Source of the DNA: Devosia equisanguinis
Lineage (GTDB): Bacteria; Pseudomonadota; Alphaproteobacteria; Rhizobiales; Hyphomicrobiaceae
Direction of reading: 5' to 3'
NCBI GenBank assembly: GCA_945889015.1
Contig: CAMDBL010000001.1
Span: 2,951 to 66,950 of the forward strand
DNA: 64,000 bases
The notes under the pieces were generated by a model. The model was not told the DNA's origin, did no database searches, and saw nothing but the letters and a program-made list of their open reading frames with translations. Both the position numbers and the translations under genes were made by a program. This document shows positions 9,707-19,169 of this stretch, one piece after another. Positions within the stretch are counted from its first letter, which is position 1. Each line of letters begins with the position of its first letter.

Positions 9707-10162
9707 CTACTCTCGGTCCTGTGGGGCGAGGCTGGTCTGGGCAACGAAGCTGCGCAATTGCGCGGTCTGCTGCTGCAACTCGACCAGCCGCGAGTTCAAC
9801 ACGTCGCGGATCGAGACCATGCCGACGAGCCGATCGCCATCGACGACGGGGACGTGACGGATGTTGCGCGACATCATCGTCGAAGCGACGTGGCCGACCG
9901 TATCGCGCGGCGAGCAGCTGATCACCGCCTTGGTCATCAGTGCGGAGACCGGCAGCCCGTGCAGGGCGTCCTTGTGGGTGCCGAGGCCATAGGCGATGTC
10001 GCGCTCGGAGATCACCCCGTCGACCGTGACGCCGTCGTGGCTCACCACCGCCGCGCCGATCCGCTTCTCCCGCAGCAATTGAGAGAGCGCCCCGATGCTG
10101 TCGTCCGGTTTGATCGTGATGATCGCACCGCCCTTGCGGGCCAGAACCTCTGCTACGCTCAC
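9707..10162 (-). CDS. CBS domain-containing protein
   Basis: GTG 10162 is preceded by GGAGGCGTCC. The 151-aa product has two CBS repeats (...IGAAVVSHDG... and ...IRHVPVVDGDRLVGMVSIRDV...) and a Gln-rich C-terminal helix. The rest of ORF 9707..10606 is artefact. Confidence 0.8.
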   Translation of the reverse strand: MSVAEVLARKGGAIITIKPDDSIGALSQLLREKRIGAAVVSHDGVTVDGVISERDIAYGLGTHKDALHGLPVSALMTKAVISCSPRDTVGHVASTMMSRNIRHVPVVDGDRLVGMVSIRDVLNSRLVELQQQTAQLRSFVAQTSLAPQDRE

Positions 10163-10239
10163 GGGACGCCTCCGGGTTGTCGTTGAGGACTGAACCACGG
10201 TAGCATTCCAAATTGTCGCAGGTCGAGGCGAAACGCCGG

Positions 10240-10710
10240 TCAGCTCGCGCTGCCGATCGGCAGGGCGTTGGTATGTTTCACCTGTCCAAGGGCGAAGCTC
10301 GACTCGATGCTGGCGACGCCGTCGATGCGGGTCAGCGTCTCCTTCACGAAGCGCTCGTAGTCGGCGAGATCGCGGCAGACGACGCGCAACAGGTAGTCGC
10401 GTGGTCCCGTCATCAGGTAGCACTCCAGAACCTCGGGGCAGCCGCGCATGGCCTCCTCGAAACGGTTCAGCGCTTCCTCTCGCTGTTTCTCGAGCTTGAT
10501 CGAAACGAACACCGAGACGGGTAAACCGACCTTGGTCTGATCGACCAAGGCGGTGTAGCCGCGGATGACGCCGGCTTCCTCGAGGATGCGGACGCGCCGC
10601 AGGCAAGGGCTTTGGGACAGCCCCACCTGCTCGGCCAGCGCCACGTTGGAAAGCCGGGCCTCCTGCTGGAGCGCGCGGAGGATTCGCAGATCGATCGCAT
10701 CAAGGGTCAT
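10240..10710 (-). CDS. Lrp/AsnC family transcriptional regulator
   Basis: ATG 10710 (MTLDAIDLRILRALQQEARLSNVALAEQVGLSQSPCLRRV, an HTH) plus a C-terminal RAM/AsnC_trans_reg domain. Divergent from the operon starting at 10855. Confidence 0.9.
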   Translation of the reverse strand: MTLDAIDLRILRALQQEARLSNVALAEQVGLSQSPCLRRVRILEEAGVIRGYTALVDQTKVGLPVSVFVSIKLEKQREEALNRFEEAMRGCPEVLECYLMTGPRDYLLRVVCRDLADYERFVKETLTRIDGVASIESSFALGQVKHTNALPIGSAS

Positions 10711-10854
10711 GAAATGGCTATTTCTTGCGTGAATTGAGATGTTTTTTGAATAATATGCCAATATTGCCATCGTCGATAGCGCAATTTGGCAGGACGCGCA
10801 GGCGTCGACAGCTTATATTGCATGCTGCCCCCGTGGGTCCGGAGCACGTCCGCC

Positions 10855-12105
10855 ATGTCCAGCAGTCGCCAGACGATCGGATCCATCCTTTCGCTCGCCG
10901 ATGTCGAGCGGGCGGCGGCGGTGCTCGCGGGCAACGTGCTCAATACGGATTTCGACCCTAGCCGGACACTTTCGGAGATCTTCGGCTGCCAGGTGTGGCT
11001 CAAGTTCGAGAACCTGCAGTTCACTGCCTCGTTCAAGGAGCGGGGAGCGCTGAACCGGCTCGCCGCACTCACGCCCGAGGAGAGGCGGCGCGGCGTCATC
11101 GCGATGTCGGCTGGCAATCACGCCCAGGGCGTCGCCTATCACGCCCGTAGGCTCGGCATTCCCGCGACCATCGTCATGCCGGAGGCGACACCGACCGTGA
11201 AGGTCGAGAACACGCGCGGCCATGGCGCCACTGTGATGCTGAAAGGGCCGACGCTCGAGGAGGCCGCCGCGTTCGCGGTCGACTATGGTCGCGAGCATGG
11301 GCTCGTCTTCATCCATCCCTACGACGACCCGCTGGTGATGGCGGGGCAGGGCACGATCGCGCTCGAGATGCTGGCGGCGGTGCCTGCACTCGACACTCTG
11401 ATCGTGCCGATCGGCGGCGGCGGACTGATTTCAGGCATGGCGGTCGCCGCGAAGTCGGTGAAACCGGGTATCGAGGTGATCGGCGTCGAGGCGGCACTCT
11501 ATCCCTCCATGTACAACCTGATCAAGGGCACCGACCTGCCGATGCGCGGCGATACGCTGGCGGAGGGCATCGCGGTGAAAGCGCCGGGCAGGCTCACCGC
11601 GAAAGTCGTGCGCGAGGTGGTCGACGACATCATGCTGGTATCCGAGCCACAGCTCGAGCGGGCCGTCAGCCTGCTGATCTCGATCGAGAAAACGGTGGTC
11701 GAGGGGGCGGGTGCCGCCGGGCTCGCAGCCCTCGTCGCCGGCTGCGACCGGTTCAAGGGCCGCAACGTCGGCCTCGTTCTGTGTGGCGGGAACATCGACA
11801 ACCGGCTGCTCGCGAGCGTGCTGACGCGTGAACTCGCCCGCGAGGGCCGCCTGTCGGAAGTCGCGATCGACCTCACCGACAAGCCTGGCCAACTCGCAAA
11901 GGTCGCGACCGTGATCGGCGAGGCGCAGGCCAACATCGTCGAGGTGTCGCACCAGCGCGTGTTCACGGACCTACCGGCGAAGGGTGCCATCCTCTACGTG
12001 GTGATCGAGACGCGCGACCGCGCCCATCTCGACATGACGATCTCCAAGCTGCGGGCTGCGGGGCTCGAGGTCGAGCTGAAGAGCAATCCGGGCGGGAGCC
12101 ACTGA
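10855..12105 (+). CDS. threonine ammonia-lyase (PLP-dependent threonine dehydratase with C-terminal ACT-like domain)
   Basis: PLP lysine motif FTASFKERGA and GNHAQGVAYHA. The C-terminal regulatory domain contains ...LSEVAIDLTDKPGQLAKV.... Start chosen at ATG 10855 (MSSSRQ). Confidence 0.85.
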   Translation: MSSSRQTIGSILSLADVERAAAVLAGNVLNTDFDPSRTLSEIFGCQVWLKFENLQFTASFKERGALNRLAALTPEERRRGVIAMSAGNHAQGVAYHARRLGIPATIVMPEATPTVKVENTRGHGATVMLKGPTLEEAAAFAVDYGREHGLVFIHPYDDPLVMAGQGTIALEMLAAVPALDTLIVPIGGGGLISGMAVAAKSVKPGIEVIGVEAALYPSMYNLIKGTDLPMRGDTLAEGIAVKAPGRLTAKVVREVVDDIMLVSEPQLERAVSLLISIEKTVVEGAGAAGLAALVAGCDRFKGRNVGLVLCGGNIDNRLLASVLTRELAREGRLSEVAIDLTDKPGQLAKVATVIGEAQANIVEVSHQRVFTDLPAKGAILYVVIETRDRAHLDMTISKLRAAGLEVELKSNPGGSH

Positions 12106-12107
12106 TC

Positions 12108-12830
12108 GTGCGGACTATCGGCCTGGTCGGCGGCATGAGCGCTGAGAGCACACGCCTCTACTACGATGCCATGAACGGGGAGGTGCGCCGCCGCCTCGGC
12201 GGATTGCATTCGGTCCAGGTGATCATCTACTCCGTCGATTTCGCGCCGATCGCCCAGCTGCAGTCGGCCGGCCGCTGGGATGAGGCGGGGCGAGTCCTGG
12301 CGGATGCCGCGATGGCGCTTCAGCGTGCCGGCGCTGATTGCATCGGGCTCGCCACCAACACCATGCACAAGGTGGCGGATGCCGTTGTCGCCGCGATAGA
12401 CATCCCTTTCCTGCACATCGCAGACGCGACGGCGGATGCGCTTATCGATGCGGGGAAGCGGCAGCCCTATCTGCTGGCGACACGCTTCACCATGGAGCAG
12501 GAGTTCTACAAGGGCCTGCTCGCCGCCCGCGGCCTCGGTGTGACGGTGCCCGACGACCGGCAGCGAGAGGCGGTGCATCGGGTCATCTATGAGGAGCTGT
12601 GCCGTGGCACGATAGCTCCGGCCTCGCGTGCGCAGTTCGAGGCGCTGACCCACGACGCCGCGGGACGGGGCGCAGACAGCGTGATTCTCGGCTGCACCGA
12701 GGTCGGCATGCTGCTGTGCGCGGACAATTCAGCATTGCCCGTATTCGATACGACACTGATTCATGCCCGCGCACTCGTCGATTTCGCACTGGCGGACGAA
12801 ATGCGGGCCGAAATCCAAGGAGAAGCATGA
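12108..12830 (+). CDS. aspartate/glutamate racemase family protein
   Basis: 240 aa with a GTG start 2 nt after the upstream stop. MRTIGLVGGMS, the catalytic Cys context ATNTMH, and GCTE (VILGCTEVG). Confidence 0.8.
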   Translation: MRTIGLVGGMSAESTRLYYDAMNGEVRRRLGGLHSVQVIIYSVDFAPIAQLQSAGRWDEAGRVLADAAMALQRAGADCIGLATNTMHKVADAVVAAIDIPFLHIADATADALIDAGKRQPYLLATRFTMEQEFYKGLLAARGLGVTVPDDRQREAVHRVIYEELCRGTIAPASRAQFEALTHDAAGRGADSVILGCTEVGMLLCADNSALPVFDTTLIHARALVDFALADEMRAEIQGEA

Positions 12831-15241
12831 TGGACGGCGCGACCCCTTCGATGGCGCGGCAGGAGACCCTGGAGATGTTGCGGGAGCTGGAGCGCAAGGT
12901 GCGCTGGCTGTCGACCTACATGATCCATCACGCCAACCACGAGATCGACCGCGGGGACGGCCTCAAGGTCGGAGGCCATCAGGCCTCGTCCGCTTCGCTC
13001 TGCACGCTGATGACGGCGCTCTACTTCCATGTGCTGCGCCCCGAGGATCGCGTCGCGGTGAAGCCGCATGCGAGCCCGGTGTTCCACGCCATCCAGTACC
13101 TGCTCGGCAACCAGAGCCTCGACAAGCTCGAGAACTTCCGCGGGCTCGGCGGCGCGCAGTCCTACCCCTCGCGCACCAAGGACAAGGACGACGTCGACTT
13201 CTCGACGGGCTCGGTCGGCCTCGGTGTCGCCCAGACCGGCTTCGCCAGCCTCGTGCAGGACTATGTCCACGCCAAGGGCTGGTCGAAGTCGTGGGGCAAG
13301 GGCCGCATGGTCTCGCTGATGGGGGACGCCGAGATCGACGAGGGCAACATTCACGAGGCGCTGCTCGAGTACTGGAAGCACAAGGTCGAGAACCTGTGGT
13401 GGGTGGTCGACTACAACCGTCAGAGCCTCGACAGCGTCGTCTCCGACCAGCTGTTCATGAAGGTCGCCGGCCTGTTCCGCAATCTCGGCTGGAAGGTGGT
13501 GCTGCTGAAGTATGGCCGGCTGCTCGAAGCCGCGTTCGCCGAGCCCGGCGGCGACCAGCTGCAGCGCTGGATCGACGATTGCCCCAACCAGCTCTATTCC
13601 GCGCTGGTGTTCGAGGGCGCCGCGGCCTGGCGGCGCCAGCTCGAGAAGGATCTGGCCTCGCACGGTGATACCCTGGCGATCATCGCCAACCGCTCGGACG
13701 CCGAGCTCGCGCAGCTGATGACCAATCTCGGTGGTCACGATCTCGATCTCATCCTCGACGAGTTCGAAACCGCGCAGACCGACCAGCCTGTGTGTTTCAT
13801 CGCCTATACGATCAAGGGTTATGGCCTGCCGTTCCAGGGGCACAAGGACAACCACGCCGGCTTGATGAACAAGACGCAGATGCACGAGTATCGTGCCGCG
13901 CAGGGCATCAATCAGGGGGAGGAATGGGACCGGCTCGCCGGACTCTCGCTGCCGTCTGACAAGGTTGAAAGTTACCTGAAGAAGGTCCCGTTCAACGCCA
14001 AGGGCCGGCGCCGGTTCGAGGCGGACAAGATCCCGGTCGGCGCGCTGCCGCCGGTCGAGTCCAAGGGTGAGGTTTCGACCCAGACCGGCTTCGGCCGCAT
14101 TCTCGACGAGGTGGCAAAGGCCGGCGGTCCGCTCGCCGACCGGATCGTGACCACCTCTCCGGATGTGACGGTCTCGACCAACCTCGGTCCATGGGTGAAC
14201 CGCCGTGGGCTGTTCTCGATGGTCGGCCGCGAGGACTTGTTCAAGACGCGCGGTCTGATGAGCCCGCAGCGCTGGGAGATGAGCCCCAAGGGCCAGCACA
14301 TCGAGCTCGGCATCGCGGAGATGAACCTGTTCCTGACGCTCGGCGCGGCAGGGCTCTCCCACACCCTGTTCGGCGAGCGGCTGCTGCCGATCGGAACGGT
14401 CTATGATCCGTTCATCTGCCGCGGCCTCGATGCGCTGAACTACGCCTGCTACCAGGATGCGCGCTTCATCCTGGTCGCGACGCCTTCGGGACTGACGCTG
14501 GCGCCGGAGGGCGGCGCCCACCAGTCGATCAGCACGCCGTTGATCGGCATCGCACAGGACGGGCTCGCCTCGTTCGAGCCGGCCTACGTCGACGAGTTGC
14601 ACGCGATCATGGGTTGGTCGTTCGAGTATATCCAGCGCATGGGCGGCGAAGACAAGGAGAGCCGCTGGCATCGCGACGAGAAAGGCGGTTCCGTCTATCT
14701 CCGGCTATCGACCCGTCCGGTCGAGCAAGTGCAGCGGCCGATGACGGATGAGCTCAGGTCCGAGATCATCGACGGTGGCTACTGGATGCGCGTGCCGGAT
14801 GCGGCGACCAAGGTCGCGATCGTCTACATGGGGGCTGTCGCGCCGGAGGTCATCGCGGCGGCCGGATTGCTGTCGGAGGACAATCGTGGCGTCGGCGTGC
14901 TGGCCGTGACCTCGGCGGATCGACTTTCCGCCGGCTGGCACGGCGCACAGCGGGCCCGCGAGCACGGTGATGCGGAGGCGTCGTCTCACGTCGAGCGTCT
15001 GCTGGAGGCCCTCCCGCGCGATGCCGGTATCGTCACGCTGTGCGATGCGCATCCCGAGACGCTGTCGTGGATCGGCGGCGTCATGGGGCACCGCGTGAGG
15101 GCGCTGGGGCCCGAGCATTTCGGGCAGTCCGGCTCGATCAGCGAACTCTACGGTCACTACGGCATGGACGTGAACGCCATCTTGGCGGCGGCCGAGAACA
15201 TGAGTGGACGCCCGGTGCGCTACCGTTGGCTGCAGAAATGA
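12827..15241 (+). CDS. homodimeric-type (AceE-like) 2-oxoacid dehydrogenase E1 / transketolase-family ThDP enzyme
   Basis: ATG 12827 overlaps the racemase stop (ATGA). The 804-aa product has GGHQASSASLCTLMTALYF, the ThDP motif GDAEIDEGN...VDYNRQSLD, and a transketolase-like C-terminal half. The 76 aa upstream in the ORF track are artefact. Confidence 0.8.
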   Translation: MMDGATPSMARQETLEMLRELERKVRWLSTYMIHHANHEIDRGDGLKVGGHQASSASLCTLMTALYFHVLRPEDRVAVKPHASPVFHAIQYLLGNQSLDKLENFRGLGGAQSYPSRTKDKDDVDFSTGSVGLGVAQTGFASLVQDYVHAKGWSKSWGKGRMVSLMGDAEIDEGNIHEALLEYWKHKVENLWWVVDYNRQSLDSVVSDQLFMKVAGLFRNLGWKVVLLKYGRLLEAAFAEPGGDQLQRWIDDCPNQLYSALVFEGAAAWRRQLEKDLASHGDTLAIIANRSDAELAQLMTNLGGHDLDLILDEFETAQTDQPVCFIAYTIKGYGLPFQGHKDNHAGLMNKTQMHEYRAAQGINQGEEWDRLAGLSLPSDKVESYLKKVPFNAKGRRRFEADKIPVGALPPVESKGEVSTQTGFGRILDEVAKAGGPLADRIVTTSPDVTVSTNLGPWVNRRGLFSMVGREDLFKTRGLMSPQRWEMSPKGQHIELGIAEMNLFLTLGAAGLSHTLFGERLLPIGTVYDPFICRGLDALNYACYQDARFILVATPSGLTLAPEGGAHQSISTPLIGIAQDGLASFEPAYVDELHAIMGWSFEYIQRMGGEDKESRWHRDEKGGSVYLRLSTRPVEQVQRPMTDELRSEIIDGGYWMRVPDAATKVAIVYMGAVAPEVIAAAGLLSEDNRGVGVLAVTSADRLSAGWHGAQRAREHGDAEASSHVERLLEALPRDAGIVTLCDAHPETLSWIGGVMGHRVRALGPEHFGQSGSISELYGHYGMDVNAILAAAENMSGRPVRYRWLQK

Positions 15242-15531
15242 GCGTGGTGCCGTCGCACCAGTGTCGAGAGCCGCCGGCTGGCGTGGACACGGCTTGCGCG
15301 GATGGGGATGAAAAAGCCACGCGACGGAGCAAAGTCGGGCAAGCCGATGCCCAATTGTGCAGAAAGACATTCGCTGCCGTAGAGCATAGCCGAATTCGTT
15401 ATATGTCAGCTATGTGAAAGCGCCGCCCGGATGGGCGTCCGAGCGGCGAATTTCTGCGGGGTAGGCGGGCGGCGTTCGCGCCGCCCGTGATGCCCCGGGG
15501 AACAGCTGCGGTATCGTGGATCACGCGTGTC

Positions 15532-15720
15532 ATGGGTCGGTTGAGTGAAAACGAGGAAGCCTTCCTCACGTTGCTGGCGATGACGCCAGTGACGAGCTTG
15601 CCGCCGCAGCCCTATATGTGGGCGCGCCGGCTGAAGCGCGAGGGGTTCGCGACGGAGCGCAATGGCGCCTGGGTTCCCACCAGCGCAGGCCTGAAGCAGC
15701 TCGGTCTGAGCCTGTCCTGA
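15532..15720 (+). CDS. small hypothetical protein
   Basis: A 62-aa product (MGRLSENEEAFLTLLAMTPV...GLKQLGLSLS) with good third-position GC bias. No family recognised. Confidence 0.3.
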   Translation: MGRLSENEEAFLTLLAMTPVTSLPPQPYMWARRLKREGFATERNGAWVPTSAGLKQLGLSLS

Positions 15721-15905
15721 CTCTGAGCCTGTTCTGACCCGGCCCGACGGCCTCGCTCACGCAACCGCGCAGCGACCTTCCTCACGCGACAGGCTTGCCC
15801 CTCACGCAGCGGGCCAGGGCGCCCCCAGACGCCGCTTCGTCTCCACCTCGTTTGATGGTCCAGCGGGACCAGCGCGAGCACCGTCCCGCCGTCCCGCCGT
15901 GAGCC

Positions 15906-16649
15906 TCAGCTTTTTTCGCGCTTCTGCCGCGCGTTGCGATCGAGCACGTTCAATCCCTCCACCAGGGCCGAGAACGCCATCGCTGCGTAGACGTAGCCCT
16001 TGGGCACGTGCGCACCGAAGCCTTCCGCGATCAGCACCGTGCCGATCATCAGCAGGAACGCCAGCGCCAGCATGACGATGGTCGGGTTGGCGTTGACGAA
16101 GTTGGCGAGCGGTGTTGCCGCGACCAGCATGGCCGCGACGGTGACGATCACGGCGATCACCATGATCGGTACGTGCGGCGTCATGCCGACGGCGGTGATG
16201 ATGCTGTCGACGGAGAACACCAGGTCGAGCAGCAGGATCTGGCCGATCGCCGCGGTGAAGCCGGCAACGGCCGGCTTCGGCTCGAACACGTCGGGACCGG
16301 GATCAGCATCGACGCGGTGATGGATCTCCTTGGTGGCTTTCCAGACGAGGAACAGACCACCTGCGATCAGGATCAGATCCCGCCACGAGAAGCCCTGTCC
16401 GAAAACGTGGATCACCGGTGCCGTCAATTTCACGATCCAGGCGATCGTGCCGAGCAGAAGAAGCCGGAGAATCAGCGCGGCACCGATGCCGACCCTGCGC
16501 GCCCGTTCGCGTTGATGCTCGGGCAGCTTGTTGGTCAGGATGGCGATGAAGATGAGGTTGTCTATCCCGAGAACCAACTCCATCGCGATCAGCGTCAAGA
16601 GCGCGATCCAGGCGACGGGATCGGTGGCAAGCGACAGGAGATATTCCAT
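15906..16649 (-). CDS. TerC family integral membrane protein
   Basis: ATG 16649 ([11 protein letters not shown]). Both TerC signature halves are present, [14 protein letters not shown] and [15 protein letters not shown]. Confidence 0.9.
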   Translation of the reverse strand: MEYLLSLATDPVAWIALLTLIAMELVLGIDNLIFIAILTNKLPEHQRERARRVGIGAALILRLLLLGTIAWIVKLTAPVIHVFGQGFSWRDLILIAGGLFLVWKATKEIHHRVDADPGPDVFEPKPAVAGFTAAIGQILLLDLVFSVDSIITAVGMTPHVPIMVIAVIVTVAAMLVAATPLANFVNANPTIVMLALAFLLMIGTVLIAEGFGAHVPKGYVYAAMAFSALVEGLNVLDRNARQKREKS

Positions 16650-16949
16650 GGGCTCGGTTCTATCGGTGTGACGCGCACGATCGGTCCACCCCTGGCGAAC
16701 CGGTGGCGAGAACCAAGACCATACATAGGCCAAGCGGCGCAACGTTCAAGGACGAGTGTCGTCGCACCCGTAAAAGTACGCAGCCGTGCCGCAGTGTCGA
16801 TGAACGACAATCCGCGTCCATCAAACCTTCATGGTCAACGCACTTCGATCTTTCTGCATCGAACTTTAACGGCCGGGTCAAGCACCCGTTAGATCCTTTG
16901 CGCGAGACAATTGCGGGAAAATAACATCAAAAATCCGGACACCCCCTTA

Positions 16950-18122
16950 ATGCCCTTCGAAATCGAACGAGACCCAGTCGTCGCGTCCCGTGTGCTGATC
17001 GCTCTGGCCGAGACCACGATCAGCCAGAAGCTGCGCGGGGTGCTGGCTGCTCAGGTCGACGACGTGGTCGCGGCGGATACGATCGATGCTGTGTGGCTCG
17101 CCATCGATGGTGCGCCGATCGATCTGGCCTACGTCGATCTCGCCGTGGTCGGCCACGAGGGGAGCGATCTGGTCGGCCGGCTCAGGCAGGACGCGCGCTC
17201 GCGCAATCTGCCGATCGTGGTCCTGGCGCAGCGGGACCGGACCGACCTGCTCGGCGCGTCGCTGGATCGCGGCGCGTCGGCATTCCTGTTGCACGAAATC
17301 GACTGGTCGATCCTGCCGATCCACTTCGACTACGTGCTGCGCCATGCGCGCAAGTGGATCCGCGAGTACGAGAAGCGGGAGGCAATTCAGGCAAGGTGCC
17401 GCGCGACCGACGCGTTTCTGGGTGGTGCGTGCGGCGAAAGTCGCGCGGTGATGCGCCAGATCGGCGAGCTCGCGGCCAAGGCGCTGCGGTCGCGCGAGAC
17501 GACGGGTGACGCCGCGAAGCTGGTGGCGGGGCTGCGCGCCATCGATTCCCAGGCGGTCCAGCTCGACCGGCTGATCGGCGACGCAATCGTTGCGGCCAAG
17601 GACCTCGACCGCTCGATCGCGCTGGCGGTGCGCCCGTCACTGCTGTCGCTGATGGTCACCGATGCGCTCGTCGAGGTCACAGCGCTCGGAGCGACCCGCA
17701 ACGTGAGCGTGACCACGTCGCTGCCCCAGCACGACGTCATGGTTGCCTGCGACGACGATGCGATGACCGAGGCCCTACAGCATCTGCTGCGCAACGCGGT
17801 GACGCACGCGCCGGCTGGCTCCAAGGTCGAGGTGGAGGCGAAGGTGCATGCCGACCGCATGCTGACCATCTCCGTCAGCGATCGCGGCCACGGCATGTCG
17901 CCGGAGTTCGTCCCCCGCTGCCTGACGCCGCTCGCCGCCGACCTGGAGTTCGGGCCGCCGCGCCTGCGCATCGGCCGCGGCCTGCCGTTCGCCAAAGCGA
18001 TCGCCGAGGCGCACGGCGGAAAGCTGGAGATCCGCACCAACCTCAGGGCGGGCACGATGGCCATGATCGTGATCCCGCCGGCGCGGGTGCATCCGGCGAC
18101 GGCGGGCGGCCAGCCGTCCTGA
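16950..18122 (+). CDS. receiver-like / histidine-kinase-like hybrid protein with degenerate phospho-sites
   Basis: N-terminal CheY-like region (...DLAYVDLAV...PIVVLAQ...). The DHp-like helix FLGGACGESRAVM sits where FLAxxSHELRTPL is expected. The HATPase_c domain is intact, with an N box (LLRNAVTHAP), G1 (DRGHGM) and G2 (GRGLPFAK). Confidence 0.75.
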   Translation: MPFEIERDPVVASRVLIALAETTISQKLRGVLAAQVDDVVAADTIDAVWLAIDGAPIDLAYVDLAVVGHEGSDLVGRLRQDARSRNLPIVVLAQRDRTDLLGASLDRGASAFLLHEIDWSILPIHFDYVLRHARKWIREYEKREAIQARCRATDAFLGGACGESRAVMRQIGELAAKALRSRETTGDAAKLVAGLRAIDSQAVQLDRLIGDAIVAAKDLDRSIALAVRPSLLSLMVTDALVEVTALGATRNVSVTTSLPQHDVMVACDDDAMTEALQHLLRNAVTHAPAGSKVEVEAKVHADRMLTISVSDRGHGMSPEFVPRCLTPLAADLEFGPPRLRIGRGLPFAKAIAEAHGGKLEIRTNLRAGTMAMIVIPPARVHPATAGGQPS

Positions 18123-18182
18123 CAGCCAGTCGAGCGGGAGACGAGGTTATCGGACGCCCGCGCGGCTCGACTGGCACGCTTG

Positions 18183-19169
18183 TCAAGCCTTGCCCATCAT
18201 CGCCTTCGCCGCGGCTGCCACGTGCGCGGGGGTGATGCGCACCATGTCCTCGAGCGGCTTGGCATAGGGCATCGGTGTGCGCGGGGCGCCGAGCCGCTTG
18301 ACCGGCGCCTTCAGCACGTCGTGCAGCTCCTCGGCGATGGTTGCGGCGAGCTCGGCGCCAAAGCCCCCGGTCTGCACGGCCTCCTGCGGGATCAGCACAC
18401 GGCCGGTCTTCCTCACCGACGCGAACACCGCCTCCTTGTCCCAGGGCCAGACCGTGCGCAGATCGATCACCTCGACGTCGATGCCGGATTTCGCCAGCTC
18501 GTCGGCGGCAGCCTTGGCGTCGAGCGCCATCTTGGACCACGCGACCATGGTCAGATCCTTGCCCTTGCGGAGCACGCTGGCCTTGCCGATCGGCACGACG
18601 TGGTCGCCCGAGGGCACCTCGCCTTTCGCGCCCCACAGCTCCTTGTGCTCCATGAACACGACGGGATCGTCGCAACGAATCGCGGCCTTGAGCAGGCCCT
18701 TGCCGTCGGCGGCCGTCGCTGGCGTGATGACGACGAGGCCGGGCACGTGTACCCACCACGCCTCGTTCGACTGGCAATGCTGGGCGGCCAAGCCGCGCCT
18801 GACGCCGATCGCCTGGCGCACCACGAGCGGCACGCGCGCCTGGCCGCCGAACATGTAACGGATCTTGGCGGCCTGGTTGACCAACTCGTCGGCGGCGCAC
18901 ATGCCGAAGTCGCACGATCTGAGATCGGCGACCGGACGGGTGCCCGCGACCGCGGCGCCGACCGCCGCGCCCATGATGGTATTCTCCGAGATCGGCGTAT
19001 TGACCACGCGCTTGGCGCCGAACTCCTCGACCAGGCCGTCGTACTGGCTGGCGCTGGTCGAGCCTCCGGCGGTGGTCAGGTCCTCGCCCAGGCACCAGAC
19101 CGTGCGGTCTCGGCGCATCTCCTCCGCCAGCGCGTCGCGCACGGCGTCCGAAAACATCATCTCAGCCAT
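18183..19169 (-). CDS. 2-oxoacid dehydrogenase E1 component beta subunit (transketolase-like)
   Basis: ATG 19169 (MAEMMFSDAVRDAL) overlaps the alpha-subunit stop by 8 nt. Contains NTPISENTIMGAAVGAAVAG and IDLRTVWPWDKE. Confidence 0.9.
   Translation of the reverse strand: MAEMMFSDAVRDALAEEMRRDRTVWCLGEDLTTAGGSTSASQYDGLVEEFGAKRVVNTPISENTIMGAAVGAAVAGTRPVADLRSCDFGMCAADELVNQAAKIRYMFGGQARVPLVVRQAIGVRRGLAAQHCQSNEAWWVHVPGLVVITPATAADGKGLLKAAIRCDDPVVFMEHKELWGAKGEVPSGDHVVPIGKASVLRKGKDLTMVAWSKMALDAKAAADELAKSGIDVEVIDLRTVWPWDKEAVFASVRKTGRVLIPQEAVQTGGFGAELAATIAEELHDVLKAPVKRLGAPRTPMPYAKPLEDMVRITPAHVAAAAKAMMGKA

Noticed and set aside
12761-14671. 636-aa ORF antisense to the AceE-like E1 gene. Comparable very long antisense or shadow ORFs occur at 29502..31397 (opposite recJ), 50456..52651 (opposite ETF-QO), 61242..63566 (opposite the ABC exporter), 34711..35922, 33083..34600 and 26704..27657.
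   Set aside because: They are Arg/Ala/Gly/His/Pro-rich with no recognisable motifs. Each lies opposite a gene with clear family signatures and the expected third-position GC bias. These are the typical stop-codon-poor shadow frames of high-GC DNA.
15463-15482. GGGCGGCG-TTCG-CGCCGCCC hairpin (8-bp stem, UUCG-type loop) considered as a terminator for the E1 gene.
   Set aside because: It lies more than 220 nt downstream of the stop, has no flanking U-run on either strand, and sits immediately before the GTG of the small ORF. I could not assign a function to it.
15750-15810. Three copies of CTCACGC spaced about 20-24 nt apart in the spacer after the small ORF.
   Set aside because: A 7-mer occurring three times in GC-rich DNA is weak evidence. 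The region lies between the 3' ends of convergent genes, so a regulatory role is unlikely.
16650-16910. Possible yybP-ykoY (Mn) riboswitch in the leader of the TerC family gene.
   Set aside because: I read the minus-strand leader and could not find the conserved GGGGAGUAG, UUGACA and AGAGACC blocks. A CAAGACC...AUACAU string occurs only on the wrong strand. A cmsearch with RF00080 would settle it.
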